A stretch of DNA of 64,000 bases from Candidatus Uhrbacteria bacterium GW2011_GWF2_39_13. Its GTDB lineage: Bacteria; Patescibacteriota; Patescibacteriia; UBA9934; GWF2-40-263. Below the pieces are notes generated by a model, which did not search any database, was not told the DNA's origin, and worked only from the letters and a program-made list of their open reading frames with translations. The first letter of the stretch is position 1; every line of letters begins with the position of its first letter. Of the stretch, positions 36,188 to 46,671 are shown in pieces. The stretch is taken from the NCBI GenBank assembly GCA_000993535.1, contig LBWG01000001.1:22442-86441 (forward strand), written 5' to 3'. Position numbers and translations under genes: made by a program.

Positions 36188-37390
36188 TCATACGATTTCC
36201 TTTATCAAACTCTCAAGCCTATCAACGTACGCTTTGATGGAATACGGCTTGGCTCGATCGCGGATCAGTTGATATTTTTCCCACCATTGATCGCGCTGTT
36301 CATGAATCGTTTCCATGGCACTGGCAAGCTCACGGGTGTCGCCGGGTTTCACCAATAGGCCTGTGACTCCTTCTTCGATTAACTCTGGAATACCACCAAT
36401 GCGCGAGGCAATGACAGGGACCCCAACAAGAAAACTTTCATAAATAACCGTAGGAGAATTTTCGTAACAAATAGAAGGAATCACCACAGCATCTGCTGCT
36501 TGTAATAATCGAATAAGATGATTCAAAGAAACAAACCCATGAAAATAAATTCGTGAATCACGCTTCGCTCGTTGCACGACCATGTCTGATAATGCACCTT
36601 CTCCAGCAATATGGAGTTCGATTTCATCTCCCATCTGATCCAAAGCATCAAATAATTGCACGACCCCTTTATGCGTCTCTAATTGACCCACATACAAAAA
36701 TTGCGTACGCACAGCCATACGTGTTCCACGTTTCCCAGTAGATCCTGGAGGAAGAGGATTTGGAAGAATCTCCATGCGTGTATTGGTAAACAATCCGCGC
36801 TGTTGATAAAAATCAGCTAAAAAAGTGGATGGAGAAAGAACAAGATTGGGCGTTCCTATTTCTCGTTTAACTTCAGTCTCGTACCATTTGCGTAAAAAAG
36901 AACGGTTTAACCAAGATTGTTCTTGTCCGACAATAAGCAATCCGCTTGGAACACTTAATTGAACGTCATGAAGGGTGTGAATATGTGGGATCCCTTGTCG
37001 TTGAATCTCAGAACCAATAGAGACTCCAATACCTTTAAGATTATGGGTAATAATCACATCGGGATCTTCTTCCCGAATCACTTGTCCAATCGCGCAACGT
37101 CCACTCACTCCTATAAGATCAATCAAATGCCAAAGAACCCGAATCAAAAAAGGAATAGACCGATCATGACGCAGATAATAAACATTACAAGGGTAGAAAC
37201 GATAGACCGCTTCAAGTGTTCGTTCACGAATACGAGGAAATAAACTATGAACTCCTTCAAAAGGTTGAGTGGTCAAGACAAACACTTCATGTCCGCGTTC
37301 ATATAAAGCATCGGCAACACGTTGAGCAACGAGTTCAGCTCCTCCTCGTGCGTTAGGAGGATAAAAATTTGAAACAATACCGATCTTCAT
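36188..37390 (-). CDS. glycosyltransferase family 4
   Basis: 400 aa. GT-B fold. N-terminal MKIGIVSNFYPPNARGGAE and a C-terminal EX7E-type region (GLLV...E). Confidence 0.88.
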   Translation of the reverse strand: MKIGIVSNFYPPNARGGAELVAQRVADALYERGHEVFVLTTQPFEGVHSLFPRIRERTLEAVYRFYPCNVYYLRHDRSIPFLIRVLWHLIDLIGVSGRCAIGQVIREEDPDVIITHNLKGIGVSIGSEIQRQGIPHIHTLHDVQLSVPSGLLIVGQEQSWLNRSFLRKWYETEVKREIGTPNLVLSPSTFLADFYQQRGLFTNTRMEILPNPLPPGSTGKRGTRMAVRTQFLYVGQLETHKGVVQLFDALDQMGDEIELHIAGEGALSDMVVQRAKRDSRIYFHGFVSLNHLIRLLQAADAVVIPSICYENSPTVIYESFLVGVPVIASRIGGIPELIEEGVTGLLVKPGDTRELASAMETIHEQRDQWWEKYQLIRDRAKPYSIKAYVDRLESLIKEIV

Positions 37391-37392
37391 AC

Positions 37393-38556
37393 TTAATACT
37401 CTCGTTTGGTTTGTTGGGTTAAGACGGATGTATAGGTGACCTCAAGTCGATCGATCAAAGGATTCCAATCGTACAAACGCTGCGCATTTATACGCGCAGA
37501 GAGTCCAAATCGTTCACGTAAATCGACCTGTTCCAAAAGCAAAGAAATAGCTTCAGACAACCTCTCAATATTCCCTGGAGGAACAAGTAAACCTGTATCT
37601 CCATCCCGAACAACCGTACGAACTCCAGGTAAATCAGAAGCGATCGAGGGAATCCCACTAGCTGCAGCCTCAAGGGCTACCATACCAAAAGCTTCTGCCC
37701 GTTTAGTGGAGGGGAACACATGTATATCTGCCAATCGGTAATATCTAGGTAAATCTTCATCTGAAACATTCCCTGCAAAAAACACTCGATCAGACAATCC
37801 TTGCTGTGCGGCAAGTGCTTGATACGTTTGTTTTAAATTTCCTTCTCCAACGATAATCAAGTGCCATCGATAAGAAAACAATTTTTCTAATGCATTAAAT
37901 AATTCAGGAATACCTTTAAACGCATGGGCACTATCGAGTCCTCCCACAAATAACAAAATGGGTAAATGATGAGGTAACTGGTGATGTTCTCTCAGTTGTA
38001 TTTCTTCACCTGGATGAAAATGATTGAGATCCACACCAAAAGGATGTTCTTCTGTGCGATCCATCACATCCAATTCTGCAAGAGCAGAGTGCTTCGCATA
38101 ATCCAAAGAGCTCACCAAAATACGATCAACGCGAGTCATAAGCCAAGGAAAAAGTAAACGTCGATGAACACTAAACAAAGCGCCTTTGACTCCAGAGGCA
38201 ACATTATCCATGTGATAGGTCATAACCAAACCTTGATCTTTGCGCATGGCTTTTCTTACGATGACGGGTTCTGCTCCTCCAAAAAAAGGATAATGAAGAT
38301 GAACAAGATCAAAACCAGCGAGACGATGAAAAAGCGAAGGAAGAACTCCCGCATTTCCAATATGGATAATCCCAGGAACACGATGAACATAACGAGGATC
38401 TTCTTCTACCTCTTGATCCTTAATCGTAAAAACGTGCACGTTATACCCACGCGCTCGTAACCGTTCCACATATTCATAGGCAACACCACCCATCCCACCG
38501 CGGTAAGGAGGGTACGTACAAACCACATGAGCAATTTTGAGAGATGATCTATCCAC
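37393..38556 (-). CDS. glycosyltransferase family 4
   Basis: 387 aa. KIAHVVCTYPPYRGGMGGVA N-terminus and a GT4 C-terminal domain. Confidence 0.88.
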   Translation of the reverse strand: MDRSSLKIAHVVCTYPPYRGGMGGVAYEYVERLRARGYNVHVFTIKDQEVEEDPRYVHRVPGIIHIGNAGVLPSLFHRLAGFDLVHLHYPFFGGAEPVIVRKAMRKDQGLVMTYHMDNVASGVKGALFSVHRRLLFPWLMTRVDRILVSSLDYAKHSALAELDVMDRTEEHPFGVDLNHFHPGEEIQLREHHQLPHHLPILLFVGGLDSAHAFKGIPELFNALEKLFSYRWHLIIVGEGNLKQTYQALAAQQGLSDRVFFAGNVSDEDLPRYYRLADIHVFPSTKRAEAFGMVALEAAASGIPSIASDLPGVRTVVRDGDTGLLVPPGNIERLSEAISLLLEQVDLRERFGLSARINAQRLYDWNPLIDRLEVTYTSVLTQQTKREY

Positions 38557-39607
38557 GAATCAATTTTTTAAGAATAAACCAACACATCGCGAGAAATGGA
38601 TTGATGAATTTATCGACCACAGGACTGCTGGTTTCTTGATGTTCAATCTTTCCTGTCCATAATTGCACGATCTCCTGATCGCTCACACGGCGTAACAGAT
38701 GGCTTTCACCACGTTTTTTTGCCACATATCTCCAGGTACGAGGACTCAAAAGATTCACATACACCAGACACTTCTCTTTAAACCATCCTCCTTTAAGGGA
38801 AAAAACGATGAGTCCACACTCTGCAAAAAAAAGAAACGGAATGAGCAAAACCAACGTCGACCAACGCAAGTGAGAAAAATGAACAAGAATCCTGTTGCGT
38901 TCCATCCAATAAAATTTTTGGTTAAAGCGTTTGAATTCATAATCATGATACGCAATCGATTTGGTAGAAAGAACATTTACAAACCCCGCAAGTCGAATAC
39001 GCCAACCTAATTCCAAATCTTCATGATACAAAAATAAAAATGGATCAAGAAGACCGACTTTTTGCAAGACAGACGCTCGATACAGGACAGCCGCTCCGCT
39101 GGGATAGGCAATGGACTGACCGTCTTTCACCTCGCTGCGCACTTCTTCCCAAGACCGTCCATTGTTTCCTGCAAATCCGAATCCCAAAAAATGAATCATC
39201 CCTCCTGTGACATTTACAACGCCAGGATGTTTCCACAGCATAATACGGGATTGAACAGCGCCAATGGATTGATCAGATTCGGCTAATGCGACAGCCTCTT
39301 TGATTGCATCAGGATGAAGCTTCGCATCGCCATTGAGCAAATAAACATAATCTACCCCTGAGAGAAGCGCGTGTTCCATTCCAAGATTATTTCCCTTGGC
39401 AAATCCTAAATTTTTCTCACTTGGAAAAAAAGTAATTCCGTCTTGAGCATGCAGCCATTCTTGGCTTCCATCGGTTGAAGCATTGTCTACAACGATAATC
39501 TCTAATTTCTCAGTTGGATAGTTGAGTTTGCTCAATGAAGAAAAAACCTCTTCCAAATAAGAACGGCTATGATAAGAGAGAAAAATAATGGCAACGCGTG
39601 GAAGCAT
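38549..39607 (-). CDS. glycosyltransferase family 2
   Basis: 352 aa. GT-A motifs VAIIFLSYHS...IIVVDNASTDGS, DxD, and C-terminal TM helices. Confidence 0.85.
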   Translation of the reverse strand: MLPRVAIIFLSYHSRSYLEEVFSSLSKLNYPTEKLEIIVVDNASTDGSQEWLHAQDGITFFPSEKNLGFAKGNNLGMEHALLSGVDYVYLLNGDAKLHPDAIKEAVALAESDQSIGAVQSRIMLWKHPGVVNVTGGMIHFLGFGFAGNNGRSWEEVRSEVKDGQSIAYPSGAAVLYRASVLQKVGLLDPFLFLYHEDLELGWRIRLAGFVNVLSTKSIAYHDYEFKRFNQKFYWMERNRILVHFSHLRWSTLVLLIPFLFFAECGLIVFSLKGGWFKEKCLVYVNLLSPRTWRYVAKKRGESHLLRRVSDQEIVQLWTGKIEHQETSSPVVDKFINPFLAMCWFILKKLIRG

Positions 39608-39618
39608 GGAATGAAGAA

Positions 39619-40473
39619 TTAAGTGTTGAGTAATTTTTGAGCTGCTTCTTTTATCCTATTTTGACGTTTTTCTTTAAAAACATTATTCGTTAGTGTTTGT
39701 TGGATATATTCATTAACGGAGGACTCGTTTAATTCTCCAAGTGGTTCACCAATATACCGCACTGCGTCTGCGTTCCATCCCCAAATAAGCATCTCTGAAT
39801 CTGCTTGGGTCATTTTTTTAAAAAAAATATCTTCTCCGTAAAGTTCATCAATTTCAACAGGGAACCCAGAATCTGAAGCTGTCTTATCTGTATAATCTCT
39901 CAAATGGTAAAGAAGTTTTTCTCCTTCTGGAGTTGATGGATCCAAATGAAAACCAGATTTAAAAATAAACACAACATCAACATCACTTTCTTCAGCTGGC
40001 ATTTTTTGGTTATCCATACGACTACCACACAAAATCATCCCAAGAATATCATCCTGATGTACACGAAGTTTTTCTAAATACCCACGCATCTCCATAATCA
40101 ACATTTCAATCTGTTTATCTCGTTCTTCCGAAGATAACTCTCGTGCTCCCGTCTCTCCAAGTCCCAACATACGTCGTATTTTCTTTTTTGTTTGATCTGA
40201 AATTTCAGTAGGAAGATTAACAAATTCATGACTCGAACGAACTAAAAACTCATTCAAACATTCTGAGGAAAGTTGCTTCTGTTCTTGGGTAGAGACAATT
40301 CCGTATTGTCCTAATAAAGTTGAAACTTTTTCTTGTGCGTCTTTAATAATACGTTCTTCTTTCATTTCCTTTCCTTCAGAAGTTGTACAAAAACCTGTTC
40401 GATGTTTTCCGCCGCAAATTTTACAAGATTCCTCAAACATATAACTAATCATCTTTATTTTTACGAAATTCAT
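39619..40473 (-). CDS. nucleotidyltransferase-fold (Pol beta-like minimal NTase) domain protein
   Basis: 284 aa. A G-S...D-x-D signature (ILCGSRMDNQKMPAEESDVDVVFIF) in the C-terminal half. N-terminal CxxC...C cluster. Start uncertain: it overlaps the upstream gene by 29 nt if 40473 is used. Confidence 0.5.
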   Translation of the reverse strand: MNFVKIKMISYMFEESCKICGGKHRTGFCTTSEGKEMKEERIIKDAQEKVSTLLGQYGIVSTQEQKQLSSECLNEFLVRSSHEFVNLPTEISDQTKKKIRRMLGLGETGARELSSEERDKQIEMLIMEMRGYLEKLRVHQDDILGMILCGSRMDNQKMPAEESDVDVVFIFKSGFHLDPSTPEGEKLLYHLRDYTDKTASDSGFPVEIDELYGEDIFFKKMTQADSEMLIWGWNADAVRYIGEPLGELNESSVNEYIQQTLTNNVFKEKRQNRIKEAAQKLLNT

Positions 40474-40786
40474 CTAAAGAAAGCTTACGCACTAAACGAG
40501 TCACTTCGCTTTCTACCTGTTCAATCTTTACATACAAACGAAAAATAAAATAAAAAAGAGCCGTGAGAGAAACATAAATAACCACATCGGCTCCACGACC
40601 AACTCCTACAAAACGAGCAATCACGTCCGTGGTTTGAGGAGTCACTGCAACTAAACCTGCTGCAAACCAAAAGATCACCCAAAAAAGAAACCAGACAATG
40701 GTTAACGCTCCCCGTTTAAACTGAAAAAGCGTTCTGGTAATAGCAAAGCCTGCAAAGAATAAAATACAAACCTGTATGACGGTCAT
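40445..40786 (-). CDS. DUF2304-like small membrane protein
   Basis: 113 aa. Three TM helices plus a charged C-tail. It is positioned directly after a GT2 polyprenyl-phosphate sugar synthase-like gene. Confidence 0.65.
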   Translation of the reverse strand: MTVIQVCILFFAGFAITRTLFQFKRGALTIVWFLFWVIFWFAAGLVAVTPQTTDVIARFVGVGRGADVVIYVSLTALFYFIFRLYVKIEQVESEVTRLVRKLSLDEFRKNKDD

Positions 40787-40788
40787 AC

Positions 40789-41457
40789 TTATTGGTTGAT
40801 GCGGCGGACAACAAGTTTCACAAGCGTCTTAAGACCCACAAAAAAACTTTGCCCTTTTGAAAGAGAGTAATCAGTGTAGATCGCCTTGATAGGAACCTCA
40901 ACGAGATTCAGTTTATGACGCTTGGTTTCTGCAATAATTTCTGAAGACACTTCCATGCGGTTGGTTTTAATCTGTATTTTTTCCAAAGCAAATCTGGTAA
41001 ACGCTCTAAATCCTGACTGACTATCCGTGACCCATGCCCCAAATAAACAAAAGGTAACAAGATTTCCTAAAATTTGTGCGACTTGTCTGTACCAAGGCAT
41101 GCCTTCAAAACCCGTAAGCATGCGCGAACCGATCACCACGTCAGCCCCGTGCTCAATGGCTTCAATAAACTTTTTTATCTCTGCAGGATCATGCTGACCA
41201 TCGGCATCCAGGGTAATCACCGCGTCTGCGCCAAGATACTGTGCTGCTGCAAACCCTGTGCCTAAGGAAGCGCCTAATCCGCGATTGACACTGTGTGTGA
41301 TCACACGTACTCCTTGAACCAATGCTCTTTGAGCCGTTTGATCGCTAGAACCATCGTTTACAACAAGAATTTGATCAACAAAAGGTTTTGTTTTTTGAAG
41401 CACTTGTACAATGGTCGTTTCTTCATTATAAGCAGGGATAACCGCAAAAATCTTCAT
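40789..41457 (-). CDS. glycosyltransferase family 2 (polyprenyl-phosphate sugar synthase-like)
   Basis: 222 aa. IPAYNEE...VVNDGSSD...DADGQHDP motifs typical of DPM1/GtrB-type GT2 enzymes. Confidence 0.88.
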   Translation of the reverse strand: MKIFAVIPAYNEETTIVQVLQKTKPFVDQILVVNDGSSDQTAQRALVQGVRVITHSVNRGLGASLGTGFAAAQYLGADAVITLDADGQHDPAEIKKFIEAIEHGADVVIGSRMLTGFEGMPWYRQVAQILGNLVTFCLFGAWVTDSQSGFRAFTRFALEKIQIKTNRMEVSSEIIAETKRHKLNLVEVPIKAIYTDYSLSKGQSFFVGLKTLVKLVVRRINQ

Positions 41458-42470
41458 ACATTGGTAAGCAGCAATTTATTGGCTTTGATATAGTCGATGG
41501 TTCGTCGCAATCCGTCTTCCAGACGCACAAGAGGAAACCATCCTAATTCTTTTGCCCGGTCAATACGGGGAAGAACAGATTCAAAAAGAAATTCTAATGG
41601 TTCTCCCTCAACGATCACTGAGGATGAATCCGTAAGCCGAAGAATGTGTTGAGCAATTTCTTCAAGACGCAAATCCACATCGCTTCCAAGGTTTACCGGC
41701 CCCTCATACTCAGAGGCATGCATGATGCGTAACAGTCCATCAATAACGTCTGTAATAAACGTCAGAGAGGTACGGAAATCCTTTTTGCCGTAAAGCACCA
41801 AATCTTTGCCGTCTAACGCATTGATAATAAACTCAGGAATGAGCTGCCCATCGAACAAAGACATGCGAGGACCATAGGTTCGAAACAAACGAACCATTCT
41901 TATTTCCAAGTCGTGAACCTGACGATAGGTTTCAAACATGGTTTCTGAAAACCGTTTGCCTTCGTCATAACAAGCACGAGGGGTGAGATGATCAAGAATC
42001 CCCTCTTCGTCTTCGGTGACCAACGTCGCCTGTTCTTTCCGTTGACCATAAACAACGGAACTGGAAGTGAATAAAATCTTCGATCGAAATTTTTTGGCCA
42101 ATTCAAGAACATGATAATTGCCCAAAGAATTGGAAAGAAGCGTCTGAATTTTGAATTGATCAAAATTTTTAATCGTTGTGGGACAAGCAAGATGATAAAT
42201 TTCTTGAATCCCCTGAAAAGGAATTTTAAATGGAGCGAGCTCTGAAAAAGAATCTAAGTCAAATGGCTGATTGATATCCAATCGGATAAAACTAAAATCC
42301 GAATTTTGGAGGAGAGCATCAATGTGCCCAACATAACCGGTTGAGAGATTATCTACACAAATGACGCGGTGCTTATCCTGCAATAAACGTTCACATAAAT
42401 GAGACCCGATAAATCCAGCCCCGCCGGTTACAAGGATATTTTTATGTTCAAAAGTAGGAAGTGAAGACAT
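41454..42470 (-). CDS. NAD-dependent epimerase/dehydratase (UDP-glucuronate decarboxylase-like)
   Basis: 338 aa. Rossmann motif VTGGAGFIGSHL and a YxxxK catalytic region. Extended SDR family. Confidence 0.88.
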   Translation of the reverse strand: MSSLPTFEHKNILVTGGAGFIGSHLCERLLQDKHRVICVDNLSTGYVGHIDALLQNSDFSFIRLDINQPFDLDSFSELAPFKIPFQGIQEIYHLACPTTIKNFDQFKIQTLLSNSLGNYHVLELAKKFRSKILFTSSSVVYGQRKEQATLVTEDEEGILDHLTPRACYDEGKRFSETMFETYRQVHDLEIRMVRLFRTYGPRMSLFDGQLIPEFIINALDGKDLVLYGKKDFRTSLTFITDVIDGLLRIMHASEYEGPVNLGSDVDLRLEEIAQHILRLTDSSSVIVEGEPLEFLFESVLPRIDRAKELGWFPLVRLEDGLRRTIDYIKANKLLLTNV

Positions 42471-42493
42471 ACCTATTTAGTATAGCAGAAATC

Positions 42494-44581
42494 TTACAAA
42501 CCCCATGCTGCTGAATTTAATCCCATGTGATTATTCTCATCATCGCTAAAAAACGTGCCGATTAATTTAGCGTATCCATTATAAACTCGCACATGAGGAC
42601 CGCCGCCTGGTCCTGCCACGGTAATGATAGAAGCCCCTGGCCATGTGCTTAAATTTCCTACAGAAAGACGGACGCCTCCGCGAAACTGATCATCGTAAGC
42701 AAAAAACGTTCCTAATTTCTTTCCTGTTCCATCAAAAATTTGTACTTGCGGCCCTCCGCCGATATCTGTCCCTGTCACAATTTCATCATCTCCGTCTCCA
42801 TCCAGATCGCCACTGGCAACAAAAACACCTTTGTCGTACGTTTGCTCGTAAGCAAGAAATTCGCTCACAAGCGTTCCGTCTGGTTCATACACCTCAACAA
42901 ACGGTTCAAATCCGCTTCCTCGCGTCACAATCAGTTCATCTGATCCATCCGCATCCACATCTCCCATCGCGATACGAAGACTTTTTATTTCATCAGCTTT
43001 CACTTGAAATGGTTCAAGAATATTTTCACCTTGTTGTTGACCATCCTTATTAAAAAAACGAACTTCTGAATAGGTTCTTTCATCCATACTCACAACGATC
43101 TCTTCTATCCCGTCGCCATTGGTATCTCCTGTGGCAACAAAGAGTCCTGAAGTCATTGATTGATCAAAAGCAAAAAACTGACTCTCAAGCATTCCATTCA
43201 AATCAAAAACCCTTACTTGAGGACCGCCGCCCGGTCCGGGAACCGTGACTATTTCCTCTTCTCCATCTCCATCCACGTCCCCCATAGTCAGACGGACTCC
43301 TCCGGTAAAAGACGCATCATATGCGTCAAAAGAAGCGGTGACCGTACTTCCATCATTGGTAAAAACACGTACCGTAGGAGGACTTCCAAACTCTGGAGCC
43401 ACGGCAATGCGATAACTTGATGCTCGTTTTGTAACAGACGAAGAACTCATCTGTCCGTCATCTTCAGGGTCCACAAAAGAAGGAGCAATCGCAAGAGCAT
43501 TGGAGAGATTTAAACGTCCGGCTCCCATTTTCCCCACAACGTCTCCGGTAGAAAACACTGGGTCTACGGATAAACGTAAAATAGATTTGATATCATCAGG
43601 GGTGAGCGAATGATAGGCAGATTTCAAAAGAGCCGCAGCACCTGCCACCAAGGGTGATGCCATGGATGTTCCAGACCAAGCCCCTTGATAATAACCCTGA
43701 GCAAAGGTTTGCCAATCATCATCCTGATAAACCGTACTAAATAAATCCTGTCCAGGAGCGGAGATATCTGTACAAATAAATCCGTAATTTGAAAAAAAAG
43801 CTTTTTCATCATGAGTATCTGTGGCAGCCACACCCAAAATCCAATCTTGATCCGCTTGTTCTCCATAACAGACAGGATAAATAGGCTGATCATCGGTATT
43901 GATTCCGGGTTCTGCGTTACCCATGGCCGCTACCACCACAATACCGACACGATAAGCCTCCTTTATGGCAGCACTTAAAAAGTCATCTGCCTCAAACCCG
44001 GTAAAACTTAAATTAATGACGTCCGCACCATTTTTGATCGCATACTTCACCCCTTTATAAACTGATTGCGAATCGCCTATTCCGTTACTATCTAAAATAC
44101 GGACAGACATGAGCTGGACATCCCAATTAATACCGGCGATGCCTTTTCCATTATCTCCTACGCCCCCGATAATGCCGGCGATGACGGTTCCATGAGAAAC
44201 AGCCGATTCTTCAAAACCATTATCCTGGTCAGGAACAGGCGATCCATCCTCATCAATAAAATCATACCCGTTTACATCGTCCACATATCCATTGTGATCA
44301 TTATCAATCCCGTCATCCGCTATTTCTTTTGCATTGACCCACACATTTTGTTTTAAATCAGGATGATCCAGATCAAATCCCGTATCTAAAATAGCCACGA
44401 CAACACTTCCATCCCCTGTTTCAACATCCCATGCCTCTTGGGCATGGATTGTTTCCAAATACCATTGTTCATCTAGATAAGCGTCGTCAGGTGTTTTTGC
44501 AAAAAGAGGAAAAACGTTTGCAAAAATAAAAAAACAGAGAATAGTTCCCCTCAACAAAAAACGGACGGTTGAATAAGCCAT
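42494..44581 (-). CDS. secreted S8 (subtilisin-like) serine peptidase with C-terminal FG-GAP/VCBS-type repeats
   Basis: 695 aa. Signal peptide. Catalytic triad contexts VAILDTGFD, HGTVIAG and GTSMASPLVAG. There are at least 6 C-terminal repeats of the D-x-DGDG-x-EIV...GPGGGPQVRVF type. Confidence 0.9.
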   Translation of the reverse strand: MAYSTVRFLLRGTILCFFIFANVFPLFAKTPDDAYLDEQWYLETIHAQEAWDVETGDGSVVVAILDTGFDLDHPDLKQNVWVNAKEIADDGIDNDHNGYVDDVNGYDFIDEDGSPVPDQDNGFEESAVSHGTVIAGIIGGVGDNGKGIAGINWDVQLMSVRILDSNGIGDSQSVYKGVKYAIKNGADVINLSFTGFEADDFLSAAIKEAYRVGIVVVAAMGNAEPGINTDDQPIYPVCYGEQADQDWILGVAATDTHDEKAFFSNYGFICTDISAPGQDLFSTVYQDDDWQTFAQGYYQGAWSGTSMASPLVAGAAALLKSAYHSLTPDDIKSILRLSVDPVFSTGDVVGKMGAGRLNLSNALAIAPSFVDPEDDGQMSSSSVTKRASSYRIAVAPEFGSPPTVRVFTNDGSTVTASFDAYDASFTGGVRLTMGDVDGDGEEEIVTVPGPGGGPQVRVFDLNGMLESQFFAFDQSMTSGLFVATGDTNGDGIEEIVVSMDERTYSEVRFFNKDGQQQGENILEPFQVKADEIKSLRIAMGDVDADGSDELIVTRGSGFEPFVEVYEPDGTLVSEFLAYEQTYDKGVFVASGDLDGDGDDEIVTGTDIGGGPQVQIFDGTGKKLGTFFAYDDQFRGGVRLSVGNLSTWPGASIITVAGPGGGPHVRVYNGYAKLIGTFFSDDENNHMGLNSAAWGL

Positions 44582-44592
44582 AGGTAACGTAG

Positions 44593-46644
44593 TTATTCAA
44601 TGGCAACAGAGGCGCCAAAACGATTGGTGGAATCAAAGGCAAAAAACCCTCCGATCACGTCTCCCAGATTGTTAAATAGACGCACCTGAGGTCCACCGGA
44701 TTGTTGAGGAGCAATATACACTTCAACAAAACCATTGTGATCAATGTCTCCAACAGCCACTTCTACACCGCCTCTATACGTAGAAGGAAAAGCTAAAAAG
44801 GAACGTTGAAGTTCTCCTCGTTGATTATAAACAGCCACCTGAGGAACAGATCCTGATGCAGGTGCTACAAAAATTTCATTGATTCCATCATTGTCTGTAT
44901 CTGCACTGGCAAGGGTAAATCCTGGAACAGATCCTCCCAAAGCAAGAAAAGAGTGGATGTAACGACCATTGGCATCATGTATAAAAATGAAACCGTTTCC
45001 TCCAGATCCTCGTGTGGAAATAATCTCTTCTTCAGCGTCTTCATCAAGATTTCCAAGAGCGACTCGAACAGATTCTGTTGTTCTGCCAAGTGGGAAAAAA
45101 GCTCCTTTCAAAAATCCACGTTTATTAAAAAGGCGAACTTGACCCGACCCCCCATAATCTGAAGTCACTAAAATTTCATCGATTCCATCTGCGTTTACAT
45201 CTCCAGAGGTCACAAAAATGCCATAACGCTGGCATTCATCAAAGGCAAAAAATTGTCCTTCTAGTTCTCCATCCAAATTAAAAATGCGCACTTGAGGACC
45301 GCCACCTGGTCCTGGCCCTGTAATGATTTCCTCTTCTCCGTCTCCATCCACGTCCCCCATGGCTAAACGGACTCCTCCATAAAAATCTGAACCATAAGCG
45401 TTAAATTCTGAAAGAATCTCTCCATGGCTGTCTATCCGACGAACCACAGGAGAAGATCCCTCACCTTGGGCAACGACAAATGAATGAGAAGAAACGGCAG
45501 AGGTAAGAAGGGAACCCGTTGAAACACCTTTCACAAATACGGAGGCGTACTCAACAGCGCGAGAAAGATTCAAACGTCCGGCTCCTAATTGTTTTCGCGC
45601 TTCAAGAGAACTTTCTTTTATAGGATCAACAGAAAGCTTTAACGCATTTCGGATTTGGTCTGGAGTGAGTGTAGGATAGGCAGATCGAAGCACAGCGGCA
45701 GAGGCAGAAACCATTGGAGCCGACAGCGAGGTCCCCTCCCAAGGCGAGGCATAGGAAGTCACAAAGACCGTGGACGCGAGATCGTGATACACCGCAGCAA
45801 AAATATCAACGCCAGGAGCGGAAAGATCTGTACATTTTGTACCAAAATTAGAAAAACTCGCTTTTTGATCGTTCTGATCTGTAGATGCCACACCGATCAC
45901 CGCATTAACCCCAAGCTGTTGATCAAAACACGCAGGATATATAGGTTGAATATCTGTATCGATATTTCCATTTCCAACAGCTGCCACCACTACAACCCCC
46001 TGTTCATAAGCCCATTCAATCGTCTGTGCAAGGATGTCATCAGGTTGACTGAAGGTAAAACTCAAATTAATGACGTCCGCCCCATTTTCTACCGCATAGC
46101 GAATCGCTCGTCGCACATTCGCCGTTGAACCTGCCCCCTGTTCCCCAAGAACACGCAAGGGCATGATCGAAATGTCCCAATTAATTCCAGCGATACCCAA
46201 ACCATTATTTGCTGTGGCGCCAATAATCCCTGATATAACCGTGCCATGAGACACAACGGTATCGTTAAAATCTTCCGTGATGTCAGGTGAAGGATCTGAA
46301 TCATTATCAACGAAATCCCAACCTTGGATATCATCCTCATACCCATTGGCGTCATTGTCTATACCGTCTCCGTAAATTTCATCTGCATTAGACCAGTACT
46401 GACCCACGAGATCCTCATGGTCTAAATCAAAACCTGCATCCAAAACCGCCACGATCGTCTGTTCTGATCCTGTCTCTATGTCCCAAGCCTTTGGAGCAGA
46501 AATTTGGTCTAAATACCAAAGGTCTCCACGGAACCGATCTGTAACCTCACGCGCCAAAAGAGAAAAAGGGTTCAATAAAAAAATCAATAAAAAAAGTAAA
46601 AAAAACAGTTTTTTGAAAAAAAAATGAGAAATAAAATACCGCAT
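44593..46644 (-). CDS. secreted S8 serine peptidase with FG-GAP-type repeats (paralog)
   Basis: 683 aa. VAVLDAGFD, HGTVISG and GTSLSAPMVSA triad contexts. Same architecture as the downstream paralog. Confidence 0.9.
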   Translation of the reverse strand: MRYFISHFFFKKLFFLLFLLIFLLNPFSLLAREVTDRFRGDLWYLDQISAPKAWDIETGSEQTIVAVLDAGFDLDHEDLVGQYWSNADEIYGDGIDNDANGYEDDIQGWDFVDNDSDPSPDITEDFNDTVVSHGTVISGIIGATANNGLGIAGINWDISIMPLRVLGEQGAGSTANVRRAIRYAVENGADVINLSFTFSQPDDILAQTIEWAYEQGVVVVAAVGNGNIDTDIQPIYPACFDQQLGVNAVIGVASTDQNDQKASFSNFGTKCTDLSAPGVDIFAAVYHDLASTVFVTSYASPWEGTSLSAPMVSASAAVLRSAYPTLTPDQIRNALKLSVDPIKESSLEARKQLGAGRLNLSRAVEYASVFVKGVSTGSLLTSAVSSHSFVVAQGEGSSPVVRRIDSHGEILSEFNAYGSDFYGGVRLAMGDVDGDGEEEIITGPGPGGGPQVRIFNLDGELEGQFFAFDECQRYGIFVTSGDVNADGIDEILVTSDYGGSGQVRLFNKRGFLKGAFFPLGRTTESVRVALGNLDEDAEEEIISTRGSGGNGFIFIHDANGRYIHSFLALGGSVPGFTLASADTDNDGINEIFVAPASGSVPQVAVYNQRGELQRSFLAFPSTYRGGVEVAVGDIDHNGFVEVYIAPQQSGGPQVRLFNNLGDVIGGFFAFDSTNRFGASVAIE

Positions 46645-46671
46645 AATTCATGCGGTATTGTAACGATGTTC

